This document shows positions 39,076 through 50,800 of a stretch of DNA of 64,000 nucleotides, one piece after another (the first letter of the stretch is position 1; the number at the start of each line of letters is the position of its first letter). Location of the stretch: positions 4,896,001-4,960,000 of the forward strand of contig CATQHZ020000001.1 in NCBI GenBank assembly GCA_958296135.2, read 5' to 3'. The notes beneath the pieces are model-generated. The model was not told the origin of the DNA and searched no databases. It was given only the letters and a program-made list of their open reading frames with translations. A program made the translations under genes and the position numbers. This DNA comes from an uncultured Poribacteria bacterium. GTDB lineage: Bacteria; Poribacteria; WGA-4E; WGA-3G.

Positions 39076-39912
39076 CTATCTTTTCAGACGCGCAACGGCT
39101 TCCTTTATGCCCATGGCTATAGGGTACATAATCTTATTGTTTGCTTGCAGCGCCTCCAATTTCGGCAGGAGGATGTACTCTACAATGCCATCTAATTCCG
39201 CACGGTGCTGCGCCCCGATATGGCTTAAGACATTAGCAGCTACACTCATGCCCCTGCTGCCCAAGTTATCGGGAAATTGCGGCGATGGATCTTCTTCACC
39301 TTCACCCATATCGTCCAGATAGGGGATGAGATAGGGGACAACGGGCGGCCCCATGGCGATGAGGGCTCTCTCAACATTGCCACTCATTATGTTCCCACCA
39401 CACTGATATGCGATGAGGGTTTCGATGGACCGCGGGTCGCGGAGATCGGCGAGTGGGTCTAGCAGGCTGTAGATTTCTTCGGCGTGTGCTTCACCCTCAA
39501 TCATATCGGGGGGTGGCATCAATTGCTGTATCAGCCCTGGGGTTCGGGGGTCAGCGGTGCCGCCCCAGGCGAATCGGTTGTCGGCGATGTCGTCAAGTTT
39601 GGCCCAGGCTTTGGCGATGGGGTCGTCTGCATCGAGTTCGTCGAGGTTGCCGGGTTTGACGAGTTCTGGCAGTTCAATATGTTGTTGCCAGTCGACGCTG
39701 GGTATCAGGTCGCCGGTGTCGTCATGTGCATCGTCGGCGGCGGGTTTCCAGTCACCGTCGGGTTTCCCGTGGCCGCCGGGTTGTTCGTCGGCGGCGGGTG
39801 GCACGGGGAGTGCTGCGTCGAATTGTGCTTTTTGCCATTCGGCGTAGAAGTAGATAGCAAGGCAGAGCGCGAGCAGGATGCAGAAGCTGCTGATGAGGGT
39901 TTTGGCGTTCAT
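39076..39912 (-). CDS. Membrane-anchored HEAT-like paralog P5 (locus C)
   Basis: Nearly identical to P1. Confidence 0.85.
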   Translation of the reverse strand: MNAKTLISSFCILLALCLAIYFYAEWQKAQFDAALPVPPAADEQPGGHGKPDGDWKPAADDAHDDTGDLIPSVDWQQHIELPELVKPGNLDELDADDPIAKAWAKLDDIADNRFAWGGTADPRTPGLIQQLMPPPDMIEGEAHAEEIYSLLDPLADLRDPRSIETLIAYQCGGNIMSGNVERALIAMGPPVVPYLIPYLDDMGEGEEDPSPQFPDNLGSRGMSVAANVLSHIGAQHRAELDGIVEYILLPKLEALQANNKIMYPIAMGIKEAVARLKR

Positions 39913-40029
39913 GAGGGTTCTCCTATTGGAAACGTTTTTGTGGCAAAACGTTTGTTTTCACAGATTGGTGTTTATGCGCGGGAGAGGGTTTCTCTCTCCC
40001 GCGCGAGGGTCAGGGCCGGGGTGGCGGCC

Positions 40030-40830
40030 CTATCTTTTGAGCCGGGCGATGGCCTCCTCCAAGTCCCGTACTCGAATCTCTGTAGGGAATGGATCTGTAA
40101 GTGCCAGCCCCAATTGTTTCTCCAATTTTGGCAGGATGATGTGTTTGACGATACCGTCTAACTCCACCCGGTGCCGGGCCCCGATATGGCCCAAGACATG
40201 AGGGGCAACATACACGCCCATGGCCTCATCGTCCTCTTCGTCCAGATAGGGGATGAGGTAGGGGACAACGGGCGGCCCCATGGCGATGAGGGCTTCGCTG
40301 ACAGGGGCAGTTCCTATGTTACCCCCACACTGATAAGCGACGAGGGTTTCGATGGACCGCGGGTCGCGGAGATAGGCGAGTTCGTCTAGCAAGGCACCGA
40401 TTTCTTCTGCATGGGCCTCGCTCTCAAGATAGTCAACTATCGGTGTCAATTGTTGGACGAGCCCTGGGGTTCGGGGGTCTGCGGTGCCGCCCCAGGCGAA
40501 GGGATTTTCCATAATATAGTCAAGTTTGGCCCAGGCTTTGGCGACGGGGTCGTCTGCATCGAGTTCGTCGAGGTTGCCGGGTTTGACGAGTTCTGGCAGT
40601 TCAATATGTTGTTGCCAGTCGACGCTGGGTATCAGGTCACCGGTGTCGTTATGTGCATCGTCGGCGTGCCATTCACCGTCGTGCCAGTGGCCGCCGGGTT
40701 GTTCGTCGGCGGCGGGTGGCACGGGGAGTGCTGCGTCGAATTGTGCTTTCTGCCATTCGGCGTAGAAGTAGATAGCAAGGCAGAGCGCGAGCAGGAGGCA
40801 TATTGCGCTGATGAGGGTTTTGGCGTTCAT
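40030..40830 (-). CDS. Membrane-anchored HEAT-like paralog P6 (locus C)
   Basis: GGHWHDGEWH allele; C-terminal block shared with P7 and P9. Confidence 0.85.
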   Translation of the reverse strand: MNAKTLISAICLLLALCLAIYFYAEWQKAQFDAALPVPPAADEQPGGHWHDGEWHADDAHNDTGDLIPSVDWQQHIELPELVKPGNLDELDADDPVAKAWAKLDYIMENPFAWGGTADPRTPGLVQQLTPIVDYLESEAHAEEIGALLDELAYLRDPRSIETLVAYQCGGNIGTAPVSEALIAMGPPVVPYLIPYLDEEDDEAMGVYVAPHVLGHIGARHRVELDGIVKHIILPKLEKQLGLALTDPFPTEIRVRDLEEAIARLKR

Positions 40831-40934
40831 GAGGGTTCTCCTTTGGAAACGTTTTATAGCAATCAAGTCGAGACCAGGAGGGCTCTCCTACAAGAGGGCC
40901 TCGAGACCTTTTGTCTCTCCTACAGGACTCCGCT

Positions 40935-41417
40935 TCATCTCGGGTGCGGGGAGATGAAGAGGTGTTGTTCGTTGAGACCTAACGTGATGCGCCGGTTGTC
41001 CTTTTCAAGGACGACCTGTTTAGGGGCAATCATAACCAAGCACCAGCCGTTTTGGGACACATCATCGAGCGTGACGAAGTGAATCTGTTGCGTGTCGACC
41101 GCTTTCAAGACAGCTTGATAGTGATTGCGTTCGTCTATCAAGATAGTTCCGACGAGGTGGAAGGGGACATCGCTTTTGGGTTCGGGCTTCCAACCGAGGG
41201 GTCGGAACAGGTTATTGTCGATAATCACCTGATAGTGTTCGGGGAGTTCTTCGCCCCATTCGGATGCGCGTGTGCTTTCAGGTGATATTTGGGTGTCGGT
41301 TTCGGGTGGCTCTACGGGTAACGTCCGTTTCGGTTGAGGTTGTTCCCGTGTGATGAGTAGGCCGCCGCTTATCACGAGCAGCAGCATCGCGATGGATGCG
41401 GCGAGGGTTTTCATCAC
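40935..41417 (-). CDS. GspC/PilP-like bitopic protein (T2SS protein C HR-domain-like)
   Basis: N-terminal TM, IIDNNLFRP, FHLVGTIL, QAVL and IAPKQVVLEKD..RITL pattern; AAGGAG RBS. Confidence 0.6.
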   Translation of the reverse strand: MMKTLAASIAMLLLVISGGLLITREQPQPKRTLPVEPPETDTQISPESTRASEWGEELPEHYQVIIDNNLFRPLGWKPEPKSDVPFHLVGTILIDERNHYQAVLKAVDTQQIHFVTLDDVSQNGWCLVMIAPKQVVLEKDNRRITLGLNEQHLFISPHPR

Positions 41418-41429
41418 GGTTTGATTTCT

Positions 41430-41590
41430 CCTTTTGTTGGGCGCGTGGCTGAGGCGCGCGGTTGGTAAACGTTATCTATGGACCGAGCGAACGTTTCGCG
41501 CGGTTCTGTGAAAAAATCGCGTTAAAAGTTGCGATTTCTATCAACTTCGTATTAATTGTCCCACATTATTGTTCGTTTGTCAAATTAAAA
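41430..41590 (-). promoter_or_regulatory. Promoter plus conserved leader heading locus C
   Basis: TTGACA box, CCG..CGG hairpin, AGATAACGTTTACCAACC, GCGCG hairpin and RBS. Confidence 0.65.
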
Positions 41591-41760
41591 TTGAAAAATG
41601 AGGAAAATGTGACTTTTTTGTTTAAACCTTGACAAAAAGATATTTTTCGTGTATTCTATCCTGAAGTATGATTTTTGTATTGCCCAGCAGTGGTTTCGCT
41701 GTATCTGTGCAGGAAACGTTACGCCTGGCGACAATACAAAAACGTTGGAGCGTGATTGGC

Positions 41761-42876
41761 ATGAAGTCCACGAAAGGAACTCGCCACACGGAAGGTGCTA
41801 CAAACGGCACGAGAGATTTAACGCTTGCGGACGTGAAACAGGAACTGTATAACCGACATCATCCTAGTTTGACGTTCCTCGATATCGAAGCACACGCCAA
41901 GACTATCCATAGGATACGCGCCCTGAAGCAGAAGCATGACGTTGTCATGCTCGGGCACAACTATATGGAGCCCCTCGTTTTTGGGTTATCCGACAAAGCC
42001 GAACAGGGTGATTCACTCGGGCTCAGCATGTATGCCGCAAAGACAGAGGCACAATACCTCATCTTTAACGGTGTGCCGTTCATGGCGGAAACAGCCAAGA
42101 TTCTGAGCCCCGATAAAACTGTGCTGGTCGCGGATAAGACAGCAGGCTGTTCGCTTGCCGATAACTTCGGCGCAGAAGATGTCAAGGTGTTGAAAGCACT
42201 TTACCCGGGCGCGCCGGTGATGATTTACGTTAACAGTTATGCTGAAGCGAAGGCAGAATCCGATATCTGCTGCACGTCTGCTAACGCAGCGCATATCGCC
42301 AAGTCGCTACCGGGCGATACTGTTATTTTTGTGCCAGATATCTTCTTCGCGCAGAATCTGGAGGAAGAGCTCAAGGGTGAAAAAACGGTTGCCTACCCCG
42401 GCAAGGACAACACGGCGCGCGGCGCAGTCTGCGAGGTGCACGAACGGTTTACGCTGGCTGACTTGCTGGCAATCCGGGAGTCGTTTGAGATTCCAAAAGG
42501 ACATTCGCATCGCAAGTTGTATGCGCACTGGGAATGCCGCCCGGATGTCCTGAAGGAAGCTGATTTTTACGGCAGCACCAGTCAGATTATGAAGGACATC
42601 GCGGCACGCGTCGCGGGGGATGGATTAGAGCGTGCCTTCGTCGCATCGGAGTGCGAACTCACTTCAAATCTCGCGCAGGAATTCCCGGCTGTCCAATTCT
42701 GGACAGCGTGCTCCATCCGATGCACGCACATGGCGAAGGTGAGTCTCGGCAAAATCGCCAACATCCTTGAAGCCATCGATGAGGGTGCCGACCTCGGTGA
42801 ATTCGAGGTAACGCTGGATGCGGATGTCATTGACAACGCGCGTGCGCCTATTGAACGGATGTTGGAGTTTTCGTAA
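41761..42876 (+). CDS. nadA: Quinolinate synthase
   Basis: GHNYM, GDSLGL, FMAETAKILSP, AGCSLA, YVNS, DICCTSANA and CxHM; upstream TTGACA-17-TATTCT at 41629. Confidence 0.93.
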   Translation: MKSTKGTRHTEGATNGTRDLTLADVKQELYNRHHPSLTFLDIEAHAKTIHRIRALKQKHDVVMLGHNYMEPLVFGLSDKAEQGDSLGLSMYAAKTEAQYLIFNGVPFMAETAKILSPDKTVLVADKTAGCSLADNFGAEDVKVLKALYPGAPVMIYVNSYAEAKAESDICCTSANAAHIAKSLPGDTVIFVPDIFFAQNLEEELKGEKTVAYPGKDNTARGAVCEVHERFTLADLLAIRESFEIPKGHSHRKLYAHWECRPDVLKEADFYGSTSQIMKDIAARVAGDGLERAFVASECELTSNLAQEFPAVQFWTACSIRCTHMAKVSLGKIANILEAIDEGADLGEFEVTLDADVIDNARAPIERMLEFS

Positions 42877-42894
42877 TTCGCGAGGCGTGGTTGA

Positions 42895-43455
42895 GTCTGG
42901 CGAGGGCCCGGCGAGCGCGAATCGCCGAGGGTGCCCCTCGCAATCGGGGCATGGCGCGGCACAGGACCGCGACCTACGGTACAAGAAGCCTTTTCACCGT
43001 AGCGCGAGGGCCGTCACGCCGAAACGTTGTCATCTCTGCAGCCTCGCTGCAGAGATGTCCACTGTCCCTCGCGATCGTTCACACAACAAGAAAGCCCCTT
43101 TTTACTCGCGCAAGGCATGGCGCGAGCACAGGACCGCGCCCTACGGTACAAGTAGCCTTTTCACCGTAGCACGAGGGAAAACCTGGCGAGCGCGATCCAA
43201 ACGGCCCCTTTCACCGTAGCGCGAGGGCCTGTCCCTCGCGATCTCTCTCGCACCAAAACCGCCCGCAGCCCCGATCGCGAGGGAAAACCTGTCCCTCGCG
43301 ATCGGGGCATGGCGCGGCACAGGACCGCGCCCTACGGTAAGGGAAGGGGCTCGTGTCGATCGAGAGACCGCGAGGCACAGGACCTCGCGCTACGGGCCGC
43401 GGGGCGCGAGCGGCGCGGCACAGGCCCTCGCGCTACGGGCCGCGGGGGCGCGATG
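42895..43455. repeat. REP cluster between convergent genes, including both loop-insertion types
   Basis: Multiple GTAG-palindrome units in both orientations; 50-bp insert at 43013-43062. Confidence 0.9.
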
Positions 43456-43462
43456 GGGTGAA

Positions 43463-44518
43463 CTAAAATCGCGTAATGACAGAGACCCGGTGTGCATTGC
43501 CTACATAAGCATCAGGGACGTAGGCGTAATCGAATTGGAAGTCGATGTTCGCTAAGGCATCATCGCCGCTGCGCCGCACGCCGATGCCGAGTGCCAACCC
43601 GTTCGCCGGATTGTCGTTCAAACCGATACGGTAACCGATGCGCGCCGCCACAGCATCGTAAAACCATCGTTCCGCGCCGACGTGGAAACTGGGGGCGGCA
43701 TCAATTAACGGGATATGCGCATCCGCGCCGAATGCCCAAAGTTCAAGCGCGGGCAGTACCTCATCATCGGATTCAGAGGCATCGAGGCCAGAAGTTTCTC
43801 CTACGGAGGCATCGGGACTAGAAGTCCCACCTACTGGCTCCTTCCACGTCCGGTACGCCATGCCTGCACGGATAGCTATCGGGAGATTCTCGCCGCCATC
43901 TAGGAAACCAGCGTTTTGCACCGCAACGCCGATACCCAAGTGATTGTCAACAAGGCGCAGGAGGATGCCGACATCCGCTGCGACACCATAAGAGTTCTGG
44001 ATGTCTAACTGCTGTGAGATCATCTTCGCCGTGCCGCCGACAGACATCGCCGAGCCCAACGGGAAGGCGAGCGATAGCCCGGTGGCGAAGCCGCCTACGG
44101 TGACGGTGCTGTCCGGCTCCTTCGTCGGGCTGATGCGCCGCTCAATCTCGGTGAAGCTGCCGAGGAAACTGGCTCCCCAAGTGAACCGTTCGGTGCGCTG
44201 CGCGTAGCCGACTGTCTGGTTGTTAATGTCGGCAAACGAGAAGTGCTGCATCGCCGTGAGCTCTCTGTCCTGAACGGAGGTGAGCCCGGCGGGATTCCAA
44301 AAGATGGTGTTAATATCGTTCGCGATGCCAGCGAACGCGCCGCCCATGCCTGCCGGGCGGCTGCCCCCCTCGATTTTAAGGAAGGCGGCACCGGCGGTGC
44401 CGGCATCGTCATGGATATTCACCGCCAGCGCGCTTGGGTTAAGAAGGCACAGCGCACCGACAGAAAGGGACACCACGATGAGTATCTGTTGAATTTTTCG
44501 TATGCACAAATTTTGCAA
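43463..44518 (-). CDS. PorV/PorQ-family outer-membrane beta-barrel
   Basis: AAFLKIEGGSRPAGMGGAF, IFWNPAGL and FDYAYVP...GNAHRVSVITRF; GAGGAG RBS before TTG 44518. Confidence 0.8.
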   Translation of the reverse strand: MQNLCIRKIQQILIVVSLSVGALCLLNPSALAVNIHDDAGTAGAAFLKIEGGSRPAGMGGAFAGIANDINTIFWNPAGLTSVQDRELTAMQHFSFADINNQTVGYAQRTERFTWGASFLGSFTEIERRISPTKEPDSTVTVGGFATGLSLAFPLGSAMSVGGTAKMISQQLDIQNSYGVAADVGILLRLVDNHLGIGVAVQNAGFLDGGENLPIAIRAGMAYRTWKEPVGGTSSPDASVGETSGLDASESDDEVLPALELWAFGADAHIPLIDAAPSFHVGAERWFYDAVAARIGYRIGLNDNPANGLALGIGVRRSGDDALANIDFQFDYAYVPDAYVGNAHRVSVITRF

Positions 44519-44582
44519 GGTTTTTCTCCTCAAGGAAGCACGGTTGGATGAAGTTTCAAATTTAAAACGGACACTCTCCACA

Positions 44583-44787
44583 CACGGGTATCTCCGTAGG
44601 AGAACCCTCCTGGTCTCGATGCATCGGGTATCTCCGTAGGAGAACCCTCCTGGTCTCGATGCATGCGGTATCGGGCGCGGTTGGAAACCGCGCCTACCGG
44701 GGTGTGATAAGGGTATCTCCGTAGGAGAGCCCTCCTGGTCTCGATGCATCGGGTATCTCCGTAGGAGAGCCCTCCTGGTCTCGATGC
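44583..44787. repeat. Cluster of second-family REPs (CGTAGGAGAG...TCTCGATGC)
   Basis: GGGTATCTCCGTAGGAGA(A/G)CCCTCCTGGTCTCGATGC four times, plus a GCGCGGTTGGAAACCGCGCCTAC unit. Confidence 0.9.
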
Positions 44788-44802
44788 GGTGTGTGACAAA
44801 AC

Positions 44803-47800
44803 TTAGTCAACAACAAGCACCTTCCCGACAACGTTCGCACGGTTGCCAGTGGCATTGAACGCCTCTAAACGGAAAATGTAGATACCTCGCGCAACCGGAT
44901 TGCCTGCCTGATTTCTCAAATTCCATTTCAGCAGCTGATCATTCCGCATCCCCGATACAACATCAGGATAGGTTTGCGAGAGCACCATGTCGCCGCTCCA
45001 GTCGTAGATGCTCAACGTCAACTCCACGGTGTCACCCATCGGCACGTTCACATCAAACGAGAAGAACGCCACATCGCCTCTGGAGATGCGCAGTGGATTT
45101 GGCCAGCCAAACGTTGAACCCCGGAAGGTCAGCGATACAGACATCGTATACTTGCCGATGTCGTAAACCTCGTAGTTGCCGGCTTTGTCGGTAACGCGAA
45201 CATCCAGGTCATACTCACCGGAACGCGAGGGTAGGAAATCCAGAGACCAGCGGCTCCACGGTTCCTCTTCGGCGTTGCTATCGTCTACTGCAGGCACCGG
45301 GTCGATGGGTTGTTCGTCCGGTCCGGTGCCGACAATTTCCACAAGCCACACGCCGGATGCTGGCACCTGCTGTTCATTATCGCCGATGCGCTGTGTGCCG
45401 CTCGGGTCTGTCGCAGTGCCTTCCAGGGGCAGTGCCTCATCAGTCAACTCCTTTACGCCGCCATCGCTCGTTAGGGTAGCAGTCGGAGCCGTCGTTTCAT
45501 AGAGGAACTCCGTCGTGATCGAATCCTGTGGCGCGAAGCCGAGAAATTCAGCGTCGTTTCCGACACTCGTCACCGTTACCTGATAAAGCCCGCGGGTAGT
45601 CAAGCCTGCCGATTTGAACACCAACGTATCAACACCGTTCTGCTGCGTCGTGCCGGCGAGTTGTGCGCCGCCAGGGGCCTTCACAACAATTCTTGACTGC
45701 GCGAGGTTCACCCCCAAGCCATCGTCAAACATATTGGCTTGGATGACGACACCGCCTGTCGTAGAAATCGCTGTTGGGTAGTCCAGCGCGTTGGCATCCA
45801 CCAGCAGTGGTGCGCCGTTGATAAGCAGCGTGCTGTCATCAATAACCGGGGGTGCTGTATCGTAGGTAAACACCTTTTCATAAGGCGCGCTGCTGTTCCC
45901 CGCCCGGTCCTTCGGCGAGACGGTGATGCGGTATTCGCCATCGTTTGAGCCATCATCTGCGAGCGGCGTTGTCAAGCGGAAACGGAGGGTATCCTGCGAG
46001 GCATCCTCCACTTTGCCTGAAATCGTCTTCCCACCGTTCGGTGAAATGCGTTCAAACGAGAGCCAGTCATCGTCCAAATTCTCCCAATCAATGCCAGATT
46101 GGTTATCGGTGAGTTTGACCTGGATTTCCGTGAGGGAGTTGTTAACACCCGATTCGGTGACAACAAGTTGAATGTCCTCAGTTTCCAATTCCGGTGCTTC
46201 CGTATCGTAGGTGAACGTCAAGCTTTGGGCATCACCGCTGCGTCCGGAGGCACTAATCGGCGTAAACTCAATGGTATAAATGCCATCTTCGGAGCCGTCT
46301 TGCGCCAGCGGGCGCGCCAACGTATAGGTAAGCCGGGAAGCATCGCGCTGTTGTTGCCCAGGGATGACGCGCGCGCCAGGGCCGAGCAACCGAAGCGTGG
46401 AGAGATGTCTCGCCTCTGTCTTGGCATCAGCCGACTCCAGTTCCACTTCGATGCGTGAAATTTTCTCGTTGGTGAAGGCATCTTCCGCCGGCGCAGTGAC
46501 CGGTTCTGTGGAGACGACGCTCGGTAACGTGCGCGAAAGTAGGAAACTGCGCTCAAACCGCAATGCGTCACCGTTGCCGGCTCTATCCCGCACTTGGACA
46601 CGGATGCGGTAACGTCCATCTTCTACCAACGGATTGAGATTCAGTGTCAGTTCAGATTCCCCATTGTTGCTAAGGGCCCCAGTGATGGAGGTCCCCCCCG
46701 GTGCAACCAATGTCAACGTCGTCGCGGAGAAGTCTATCCCGCTACCGCCTGCATCTTCCAAAGTCGCTTCAACCTGAGACACGTCGTCGGTGAGAATGTC
46801 ACCGTCCGCCGGCACGGTGCTGACGAGCTGCGGTGCCTGCGTGTCGTAGACAATGCTATGTTCTGCCTCATACCTATTTCCCGATTTGTCAACGAGGGTT
46901 ACCCGGACGGTATATTCTCCATCCTCGCTGCCATCTTTAGCGAGAGGTTGCGGCAGCGTGAGGAAAAGCCTGTCAGTCTCATTGTGCGTCAGGTCTGTCG
47001 GAACCTGACTTCCCGCCGCATCAAGCAGTGTCATCGACTGCTCTTCCACCCAGAATTCGGCAGGGCCGACATCTGCAACGGTGACACTCAGCTGCGCCAA
47101 TGCTGATGGGGCGGACAGATAAGTGACAGGTTGACTCATATCCATCGGGGATGCATCGGTTATCTCCGGCGGTTGGGTATCAAAGACAAACTGGCGGTAG
47201 ACAGCCGCGCCTTGCCGCCCCGCTTTATCGCGCGGCGTTATCGTCACCGTATAACGGCCGTCAGCAGTGCCATCGAGCGGCAACGCACTCGGCACCCAGG
47301 TCAATGCGTCTACACCGTCATCGGTTGTCGTACCGGGGACAGGAGTGCCAGCAGCGTTTGCAACGGTGATGGTTGAACCACCTTCGCCGAGTGCCACGCC
47401 TGCACCGCTCGGGTCTGCCAACATCGCGACGATGCTTGTGGCTTCGCCGTTGACATAAACGATACCGCCTGCTTTACCATCTATCCGCACCGATGTCACA
47501 CTCGGTAAGTCAACATCGAGGCGGAAGCGGTAAGTCACCGCGCCCCGCGCAGTATTGCCAGCGATATCCTGTGGCGTAATGCTCAAGGTATAGATACCCA
47601 GTGCCTGCGGCGCAACAAACTGCGCTCTTAATACGGTAGACTGGGGCTCGAGAGGAACAGGCTCTTGCGCTACGGTCACCGGCATCAGTGTCAGTGACAG
47701 CGTCTCGTCCTCCGGGTTTGTTAACGTAACCGTCGTGTTGGCAAAGTCCACGCGGGTAGTTGCTTCTTCAAACGCAATCTCCAGCTCACTGAAACCGAGT

Positions 47801-50800
47801 TCCGTAATCACCGTCGGCTGTGTGGCAACGAGCCGGGTCGGCTCCGCCGTGTTTAACGTCACGCCGGAGACTTGCGGCACCTGCGTATCATAAACCACAG
47901 CGTAGTCCGCTTGCGTCTCATTGCCCGCTCTGTCCACCAGCGTGAGCGTGACGGTATAAGTGCCATCGGCACTGCCATCTATCGGCAACGGGTCCGTCAA
48001 CGTGAGGAACACCTGGTCTGTCTCGTTGTGCTTCAGCGCCGAGGGCACCTCGTCGCCATCAGGCGCGCGGAAGTGAACCCGCTGCGCCGCTAAGTCTAAC
48101 GCCGCCGGGCCGACATCCGCCACGGTGAAACGCACCTGCGGATTTTGTGAGAAACTGGCATTGACATAGGTACGCGGTTGATTCAGAACGATTGGTGTCG
48201 CTTCGGTTACCCGCGGCGGTTGGGTATCAAAGACAAACTGGCGGTAGACAGCCGCGCCTTGCCGCCCCGCTTTATCGCGCGGCGTTATCGTCACCGTATA
48301 ACGGCCGTCAGCAGTGCCATCGAGCGGCAATACCCCCGGCACCCAGGTCAATTCGGCCACACCGTTATCCGTTGTCGTGCCGGGGACAGGAGTGCCAGCA
48401 GCGTTTGCAACGGTGATGGTTGAACCGCCTTCACCCAGGGCGATGCCTGCACCGCTCGGGTCTACCAGGGTGGCGACGATGCTCGTGGCTTCGCCGTTGA
48501 CATAAACGATACCGCCGACTTTGCCATCTATCCGCACCGATGTCACACTCGGTAAGTCAACATCGAGGCGAAAGCGGTAAGTCACCGCGCCCCGCGCAGT
48601 ATTGCCAGCGATATCCTGTGGCGTAATGCTCAAGGTATAGATACCCAGTGCCTGCGGCGCAACAAACTGCGCTCTTAATACGGTAGACTGGGGCTCGAGA
48701 GGGACAGGCTCTTGCGCTACGGTCACCGGCATCAGTGTCAGTGACAGCGTCTCGTCCTCCGGGTTTGTTAACGTAACCGTCGTGTTGGCAAAGTCCACGC
48801 GGGTAGTTGCTTCTTCAAACGCAATCTCCAGCTCACTGAAACCGAGTTCCGTTATCACCGTCGGCTGTGTGGCGACGAGCCGTGTCGGCTCCGCCGTGTT
48901 TAATGTCACGTCGGAGACTTGCGGCACCTGTGTGTCATAAACCACCGCGTAGTCTGCTTGCGTCTCATTGCCCGCTCTGTCCACCAGCGTGAGCGTGACG
49001 GTATAAGTGCCATCGGCACTGCCATCTATCGGCAACGGGTCCGTCAACGTGAGGAACACCTGGTCTGTCTCGTTGTGCTTCAGCGCCGAGGGCACCTCGT
49101 CGCCATCAGGCGCGCGGAAGTGAACCTGCTGCGCCGCTAAGTCTAACGCCGCCGGACCGACATCCGCCACGGTGAAACGCACCTGCGGATTTTGTGAGAA
49201 ACTGGCATTGACATAGGTACGCGGTTGATTCAGAACGATTGGTGTCGCTTCGGTTACCCGCGGCGGTTGGGTATCAAAGACAAACTGGCGGTAGACAGCC
49301 GCGCCTTGCCGCCCCGCTTTATCGCGCGGCGTTATCGTCACCGTATAACGGCCGTCAGCAGTGCCATCGAGCGGCAATACCCCCGGCACCCAGGTCAATT
49401 CGGCCACACCGTTATCCGTTGTCGTGCCGGGGACAGGAGTGCCAGCAGCGTTTGCAACGGTGATGGTAGAACCGCCTTCACCCAGGGCGATGCCTGCACC
49501 GCTCGGGTCTACCAGGGTGGCGACGATGCTCGTGGCTTCGCCGTTGACATAAACGATACCGCCGACTTTGCCATCTATCCGCACCGATATCACACTCGGG
49601 ACGTTGACATCAAGGCGGAAGCGGTAAGTCACCGCGCCGCGCGCCACATTCCCGGCAATGTCTTGCGGTGTGATGCTGAGCGTATATACCCCGAGGGCCT
49701 GCGGCGCAACGAACCGCGCTGTCACCTGCGTTGTGCCTTTCGGCGTGAGCGTCAACGGGAGCGTCTCGTTCTCCGGGCCTGTCAACGTCATCGTCGTGTT
49801 GGCAAAGTCCACACGCGTGGTTGCTTCTTCAAACGCAATCTCCAGCTCACTGAAACCGAGTTCCGTAATCACCGTCGGCTGTGTGGCAACGAGCCGTGTC
49901 GGCTCCGCCGTGTTTAACGTCACGTCGGAGACTTGCGGCACCTGTGTGTCGTAAACCACCGCGTAGTTTGCTTGCGTCTCATTGCCCGCTCTGTCCACCA
50001 AAGACACGGCGATAGAATAACTACCGTCCGCGCTGCCATCTACCGCCAAGGGTTCTGTGAACGTTAAGAACATCCGGTCCGTCTGGTTACGAGTAACAAC
50101 CGCGCTGAGTGCCGTGCCATCAGCACCGAGGAGTTGTGCAGTCTGTTCGGACATCTCGACACCCGCCGGGCCGACATCGGCCACGGTGAAACTGAGCTCG
50201 GTATCGCTCGCAAAGCCGGCAGTGACAAACGTGACAGGGGCCGTCAGCGACAGCGGTGCTGCGTCTGTTATCTGTGGCGATTGCGTATCATAAATAAACT
50301 GCCGTCGCGCCACTTCGCCTTGCCGCCCGGCTTTATCTACCGGGGTGACAGTGACTGTGTAGCGTCCATCGGCGGTGCCATCTGTCGGCTGTCCAATCGC
50401 CTGCCATACAAGCTCGGTTGTCCCCTGAACGGTTGTAACGCCCGGTATCTCCGTCCCATCGGCATTGGTGACACTGATTCTCGAACCTTCGTTACCAAAC
50501 GCCAAGCCTGTTCCTGTCGGTGCTGTCAATGTGGCGACAATGCTCGTCGCGCCGCCGTTAACGTAAACGACAGTCCCGATTTTCCCACCGATTGCAACAG
50601 CACTGACTCTTGGCAATGCAACATCAAGTCGGAACGGATAGACAAACGGGCGCGGGCTGACATTACCGGCGTAGTCTTGCGGCGTAACGGAGAGACTGTA
50701 GTTCCCGGAGGCTGTTAACCTTGAGAAATTGAGCGTCAAACTGCTTTTCCCATCATGCGTCACGTTAATCGCGATTGCCTCGCCATCGGGCCCCGTCAAA

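Noticed and set aside
37195-40830. Classical integron cassette array
   Set aside because: No intI gene, spacers lack clear RYYYAAC/GTTRRRY attC boxes, and the cassettes are all paralogs
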